Part shown: in pieces, positions 6,768 through 10,447 of the stretch
Layout: every line of letters starts with the position of its first letter
Numbering within the stretch: position 1 is the stretch's first letter
DNA from: Candidatus Auribacterota bacterium
Lineage (GTDB): Bacteria > Auribacterota > UBA6266
Assembly: GCA_023136205.1 (NCBI GenBank)
Contig: JAGLRQ010000036.1
Coordinates: 1-10,447 of the forward strand
DNA length: 10,447 bases
Direction: 5' to 3'
Notes under the pieces: generated by a model
Database searches by the model: none
The model's input: only the letters and a program-made list of their open reading frames with translations
Told to the model about the DNA's origin: nothing
Made by a program: the position numbers and the translations under genes

Positions 6768-7407
6768 TTCTTTTTAATTTCTCTTTATATCTCATGCTGA
6801 CACCATCAAAATAGGCAGAAGTTCCTGCATCCGCGACACACATGATGTAAAGAGACTGGGTATCAACCGGAACTTTATAAGGAATCTTAAGTTTTTCCCA
6901 TTGTCCACTATTTTGGTAGAACACTCTATTATAAGGATCATCCCTGCCATTGATGGAAACAACATAAATATAAACTTTGTCAGGACTTTTATTTGCCGAT
7001 TTAATCCACGCGTCAATAATTATATTTTTGTTTAACAGACTATATAATTTATCTCTGGGAACACAAAAAATTATATGGGTAGCTTCAGTTTTATCCGCCT
7101 CCACTTCCACAGAAGACGTTCCTATTTTAACATTTTCTGCACCGGTTGCCCTTCGGATTCCCTGCTGTTTAGGAAAAACCCAACCAGAAGGAACAGAAAA
7201 TTTTCCATTGCTCCACGATTCAAAACCGCCGTTTGTCTCAGGCCTCAGGATAGTGTTTATTATATCATCATCCGATTGGGCAATCTCACTGATAGCACAT
7301 TCCCTGTTTTTTGACATAAACAGTACAATTACAATAATTAATCCTATAAAAAGCCACATTAGTTTTTTTGTTGCAACCCTACGCCGCTGTCCTGAAACTT
7401 TTTTCAT
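6754..7407 (-). other. C-terminal module of the polytopic protein: signal-anchor-like segment plus a roughly 155-aa CBM/jelly-roll-like domain
   Basis: An in-frame ATG at 7407..7405 begins MKKVSGQRRRVATKKLMWLFIGLIIVIVLFMSKN. The TM is encoded at 7315..7362. After it comes ...ETNGGFESWSNGKFSVPSGW...GTSSVEVEA...IIIDAWIKS...VYIYVVS...QWEKLKIPYKVP...LYIMCVADAGTSAYFDGVSMRY. The alternating beta-strand pattern and the NGGFE-x-W opening resemble CBM_4_9-type carbohydrate-binding modules. Confidence 0.5.
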
Positions 7408-8994
7408 TACTTCAGCACTTTCTGCCGACACAGAACAATATTTTTTATCCCAGTCTTCCTGAAAACATTTTTTGATTGTTGCGGACCAAGAGTTAGTTTT
7501 ATTTTCATCTATACGGTATCTCACAGACCCTTCAAAAATACTTACAACCCCTTTGACTAAAACCGCTAATCCAACTGACAAAAGAAGAACAAACACAGGA
7601 AAATAATTTGTTGTGTGAACATCTGCCGGAGGAAAGTACACACAAAGAATGCCAAGCATATAAAATCCCTGAAATACAACTGTAATCAAAGGCCCAAAAT
7701 TCTTTTTGCGGAAAAAGAAAAGTACCAAAAGGCTAAAAAGTACAAGCCACGGGAAAATGCGGGTGAGCTTAAGAATTTTAGGATCGTACCTAACATACTT
7801 TTTATTGCTGTCCAATATTCCGAATTTTTTATCAGTATCCAGAATACCAAAAAAGGCGGGGCCTCCTATATAACGAACTCTGTCTTTTGGTGTCATTGCT
7901 ATTCCGGAACAGAAATTGGTTTTGAAGTTACGCAGAAAAATATCCGGCCTCTCTTTAAATAAACAAACTATCTCTTTCATTACAAATTTATCATATTCCT
8001 GAATTCCCACTTTATTAAGATCAGGCCCGCCCCTCTCCATCACCCAATCTATCGCAGTCAGATCAGCACTGTCTTTTACGCCAAACGGATTCGGGTAAGC
8101 GCCCAATCCCTGAATAACATTGTGCCATTTACCTCTTACAGACAGGGTATATCGATCATAATATTTCTGTGTAATAAGTACCTGCGGTACCAGCAATATC
8201 CCCTGTCCCATCAACATGGCAAGGATCAATATCAGACTTCTTTTATAGTTTCGTTCACGAAAAAAAATCAGAGGAGACAAAAACAAAGGAAGAAAGAGAA
8301 AACTGAGACGAAGAGAAGTAGCAAATCCTATTACCACGCCGTATAAAAAAAACAATGAAAACAAAACTTTCAGGGAATATGTTCTGCTTTCAGGTTTGTA
8401 GATTGCAGCCCAGAATAAAAGGCTCAAGGCTGAAAATGGAATAGACCAGTAGTAGTAAGATACCCAGCTCATCATCATAATAGATGGCTTGAATAAGGCG
8501 TAAAGCACTGCCGCGAAACTACCGCCAAGAGGGCCCGCTATTGACCTGCCGGCAAAAAATAGAAGAATTATAACAAGAAGGTCCAACATCATTTGATATC
8601 TAACAACCGTCATTGCCAGATTCTGTATACCCCTTGTACCCTCCTTGAATATCAGGCTCAGGATAAACTCCCAGCCTTTCTCGTTTTCAAAAGACGCGGT
8701 CGCGGGTTCTTTAGGATAATGGGTAAAAACATAATCATCCGGATTTTCTTTTATTTTCAAGCCTTCTTCAAAGTTGTAACCTCCAGGTTCCGTCCAAAAA
8801 TGTGAGGCCATCTCAACATAAAATTCAAAACCACCATTTATTCCAAAGTTTTTCTTAATATCAACAGCCCTATACCCCGCGCCTACAACCAGTGAGATTA
8901 AAAGTATCAAAAAAATAACTGGTTTTACAAATCTGTGGCGGGTTTTCAGAAATCTTTCATATAAATTTACTGATATTTTCCGTATTTTTGGCAT
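6754..8994 (-). CDS. Polytopic membrane protein (about 11 TM segments), putative GT-C-type lipid-carrier-dependent glycosyltransferase (or polymerase/ligase-like), with a C-terminal extracytoplasmic beta-sandwich module
   Basis: A long ORF with strongly hydrophobic segments that fit the positive-inside rule. The N-terminus is basic (KIRK, KTRHRFVK). There are two large loops, at about residues 48-130 and 281-417 in ORF-track numbering. The basic stretch RRRVATKK precedes the last TM. The gene sits immediately downstream of an ArnC/GtrB-type GT2. The start is uncertain: the track's 9009 is a TTG, and GTG 8997 and ATG 8994 follow. I list ATG 8994. The family assignment was not verified. Confidence 0.7.
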   Translation of the reverse strand: MPKIRKISVNLYERFLKTRHRFVKPVIFLILLISLVVGAGYRAVDIKKNFGINGGFEFYVEMASHFWTEPGGYNFEEGLKIKENPDDYVFTHYPKEPATASFENEKGWEFILSLIFKEGTRGIQNLAMTVVRYQMMLDLLVIILLFFAGRSIAGPLGGSFAAVLYALFKPSIMMMSWVSYYYWSIPFSALSLLFWAAIYKPESRTYSLKVLFSLFFLYGVVIGFATSLRLSFLFLPLFLSPLIFFRERNYKRSLILILAMLMGQGILLVPQVLITQKYYDRYTLSVRGKWHNVIQGLGAYPNPFGVKDSADLTAIDWVMERGGPDLNKVGIQEYDKFVMKEIVCLFKERPDIFLRNFKTNFCSGIAMTPKDRVRYIGGPAFFGILDTDKKFGILDSNKKYVRYDPKILKLTRIFPWLVLFSLLVLFFFRKKNFGPLITVVFQGFYMLGILCVYFPPADVHTTNYFPVFVLLLSVGLAVLVKGVVSIFEGSVRYRIDENKTNSWSATIKKCFQEDWDKKYCSVSAESAEVMKKVSGQRRRVATKKLMWLFIGLIIVIVLFMSKNRECAISEIAQSDDDIINTILRPETNGGFESWSNGKFSVPSGWVFPKQQGIRRATGAENVKIGTSSVEVEADKTEATHIIFCVPRDKLYSLLNKNIIIDAWIKSANKSPDKVYIYVVSINGRDDPYNRVFYQNSGQWEKLKIPYKVPVDTQSLYIMCVADAGTSAYFDGVSMRYKEKLKRNDIN
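7798..7851 (-). repeat. In-frame 2 x 27-bp imperfect tandem duplication encoding FGILDTDKK / FGILDSNKK
   Basis: The minus strand reads TTTGGTATTCTGGATACTGATAAAAAA (7851..7825), then TTCGGAATATTGGACAGCAATAAAAAG (7824..7798). By hand alignment, 18 of 27 nt and 7 of 9 aa are identical. Confidence 0.8.
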
Positions 8995-8998
8995 CACA

Positions 8999-9937
8999 TT
9001 AACTATCAAAATTGACTTTTTCTTTAATAATTATATAGGGTTTTTTTCGGACCTGGGAATGAATGGCTACTACATATTCACCTACCATTCCTATAAAAAA
9101 GAGTTGAATACCTAAAAACAGCAGCATTAAAATAATAAAACCCGCGGCAACTGATATTTGGGTTTTATAAATGCTTAATTTTAAAATAAGGTAAATAAAA
9201 CCCATCAAAAAACTCAAAACCGATAATCCGATACCAGTAAGAGTACATAATCTAACCGGCGCTATCGAACTACTTACAATACCGTTAATCGCAAAATCTA
9301 TCAGAAAAGCGAATGTGCTTTTTGATTTTCCTTTGGGCCTTGTTCCTCTAATATACTCTACACCGATTTGATTGAAACCAACCGAAGCCATCAGGCCTCT
9401 TATATACGGCCTGTAATCTTCTATTTTAACCAGTTCATCAACTATTTTTCTGTCCACTAAACGAAACCCTCCGGAATTCAACGGCGGCTTATCTTCCGAC
9501 AAAGAATTGATCAATCTATAAAAAATTCTGCGGACAAAAGCCATCAAAAAAATTTCCCGGCTTTTATTTCTAACCCCGTATACAGCAGAATATCCATCCT
9601 CCCAGTGCTTTATAAAAGTGGTTATTAAGTCCGCGGGATCTTTCAAATTTGCCTCATAACAAATTACAGCGGCCCCTGCCGCGTATTTGTAACCTGTCAT
9701 TAAACCTCTCAGGACACCAAAGTTTTTGGAAAACACTAATATTTTTACTTTTTTATCTTTTTGGGCTATTTCTTTCAAAATAGAAACCGTTGCGTCAGTA
9801 CTGCAATTATCCATAAATATGTGTTCGTAATCGTACTTTTTTTCTAATCCCGCAAATACCCTTTTTATCTCTTTATAAACCTCCGCGACTGTTTCTTCTT
9901 CATTCCGAACGCCGGTTATAACAGAAATCTTTTTCAT
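8999..9937 (-). CDS. GT2 polyprenyl-phosphate glycosyltransferase (ArnC/GtrB/CsbB/DPM1-like) with a C-terminal two-helix membrane anchor
   Basis: 312 aa. Signatures: ISVITGVRNEEETV, FMDNCSTDAT and DGYSAVYGVRNKSRE. Two C-terminal TM helices end in the family-typical GIQLFFIGMVGEYVVAIHSQVRKKPYIIIKE. The ATG at 9937 is preceded by GAGGAA at 9948..9943. Confidence 0.9.
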   Translation of the reverse strand: MKKISVITGVRNEEETVAEVYKEIKRVFAGLEKKYDYEHIFMDNCSTDATVSILKEIAQKDKKVKILVFSKNFGVLRGLMTGYKYAAGAAVICYEANLKDPADLITTFIKHWEDGYSAVYGVRNKSREIFLMAFVRRIFYRLINSLSEDKPPLNSGGFRLVDRKIVDELVKIEDYRPYIRGLMASVGFNQIGVEYIRGTRPKGKSKSTFAFLIDFAINGIVSSSIAPVRLCTLTGIGLSVLSFLMGFIYLILKLSIYKTQISVAAGFIILMLLFLGIQLFFIGMVGEYVVAIHSQVRKKPYIIIKEKVNFDS

Positions 9938-9942
9938 AAAAA

Positions 9943-9948
9943 TTCCTC
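9943..9948 (-). promoter_or_regulatory. Shine-Dalgarno (GAGGAA) for the membrane-anchored GT2
   Basis: The minus strand reads ATGAGGAATTTTTATG, with 5 nt between the SD and ATG 9937. Confidence 0.5.
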
Positions 9949-9958
9949 ATATTTCAAT

Positions 9959-10447
9959 TTATACGGCCTTTAACATCTTTTCAAAAATCTTACGAATATA
10001 TTCACGCTGTTTTTCGCATATCCCCGGATAAACTCCAACCCAGAAAAGACGATCCATTACTAAATCGGTATTAAATAACTTTCCGGAAACCCTGTATTTT
10101 ACATCCCGGTAAGCAGGCTGCCTGGTCAAATTCCCGCCAAACAACATACGAGTCGCTATTTTATTATTTTCCAAATAATTCACAATGCCATCCCGTGTAA
10201 AAGGCGCATTTTCTTTTACCAATATGGGAAAACCAAACCAGCTCGGTTCGGAATTCTTCTCAGCACGCGGTAAAATAAAATGTTTTTTATGTTTTTCCAA
10301 AAGATTATAGATAAAACTAAAATTTTTTCGGCGCAGGCTGATAAAATCCTTAAGTTTTTTTAACTGAGCACAGCCAATTGCTGCCTGCATATCGGTTATC
10401 TTAAGGTTATATCCGATATGCGAATAAATATATTTATGGTCATAACC
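9959..10447 (-). CDS. rfbH: RfbH/DdhC (E1)-like NDP-4-keto-6-deoxyhexose 3-dehydrase family protein within the DegT superfamily (N-terminus lies beyond the right window edge)
   Basis: The track lists 9959..10390, but the frame stays open to 10447: GYDHKYIYSHIGYNLKITD precedes MQAAIGCAQLKKL. The C-terminal region (SWFGFPILVKE...ATRMLFGGNLTRQPAYRDVKYRVSGKLFNTDLVMDRLFWVGVYPGI) closely follows what I recall of the Salmonella RfbH C-terminus (AGNLTRQP...VKYRV.G.L.NTD..M...FW.G.YPG). The catalytic His-for-Lys diagnostic position lies outside the window. Confidence 0.75.
   Translation of the reverse strand, partial: GYDHKYIYSHIGYNLKITDMQAAIGCAQLKKLKDFISLRRKNFSFIYNLLEKHKKHFILPRAEKNSEPSWFGFPILVKENAPFTRDGIVNYLENNKIATRMLFGGNLTRQPAYRDVKYRVSGKLFNTDLVMDRLFWVGVYPGICEKQREYIRKIFEKMLKAV

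Noticed and set aside
655-7016. Short minus-strand ORFs 655..861, 1228..1461 and 6792..7016
   Set aside because: They are out-of-frame overlaps within the rSAM (659..2362) and polytopic (6754..8994) genes and have no supporting signals.
8260-8267. Homopolymer tracts as phase-variation switches (the A8 run on the plus strand at 8260..8267, and 7-nt A/T runs at 7363..7369, 9041..9047 and 2391..2397)
   Set aside because: Runs of 7-8 A/T are expected by chance in AT-rich, Lys/Phe-rich coding sequence. They are shorter than typical contingency tracts, and there is no evidence of length variation from a single sequence.
1451-8805. All plus-strand ORFs in the track (1451..1705, 2643..2867, 3581..3802, 3931..4131, 5069..5254, 6977..7462, 7075..7314, 7615..7962, 8122..8346, 8593..8805)
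   Set aside because: Each is antisense to, and fully nested in, a long motif-rich minus-strand gene. Their sequences are low-complexity or odd in composition, and I found no SD or independent signal. The 161-aa ORF at 6977..7462 is the longest but also shows no domain features. I treat all of them as antisense shadows.
1-10447. Phage-defence, CRISPR, toxin-antitoxin or mobile-element content, including a viperin-like radical SAM reading
   Set aside because: I saw no repeat-spacer arrays, nucleases, ATPases, integrases or transposases, or terminal inverted repeats. The rSAM proteins carry N-terminal B12-binding-type domains, which viperin-like enzymes lack.

Overview
All credible coding capacity in this visibly AT-rich 10.4-kb window is on the minus strand. 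There are nine tightly packed, co-directional genes, two of them cut by the window edges. Gaps are 0-29 bp and several start/stop codons overlap, so this looks like one polycistronic unit. I see no internal promoter, terminator, RNA gene, CRISPR array or mobile element. In transcription order (right to left) the genes are: (1) RfbH/DdhC-like sugar 3-dehydrase family protein, C-terminal part only; (2) membrane-anchored GT2 of the ArnC/GtrB/DPM1 polyprenyl-phosphate glycosyltransferase type; (3) a roughly 750-aa polytopic membrane protein with about 11 TM segments and a TM-tethered, CBM-like C-terminal module; (4) a cobalamin-domain radical SAM enzyme; (5) a Gfo/Idh/MocA oxidoreductase; (6) a DegT/DnrJ/EryC1 aminotransferase; (7) a soluble GT2; (8) a second, divergent cobalamin-domain radical SAM enzyme; (9) a Zn-ribbon class I SAM methyltransferase, N-terminal part only, which is missing from the supplied ORF track. 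The main hypothesis is an Arn/Gtr/CsbB-YfhO-style lipid-carrier glycosylation module. It would make an amino sugar, load it on polyprenyl phosphate and transfer it outside the membrane. Here that module is interleaved with two class-B radical SAM enzymes and a SAM methyltransferase, a combination I cannot assign to any characterised pathway from memory. All family calls rest on motifs read by eye. No searches were run, and substrate-level statements are inference.
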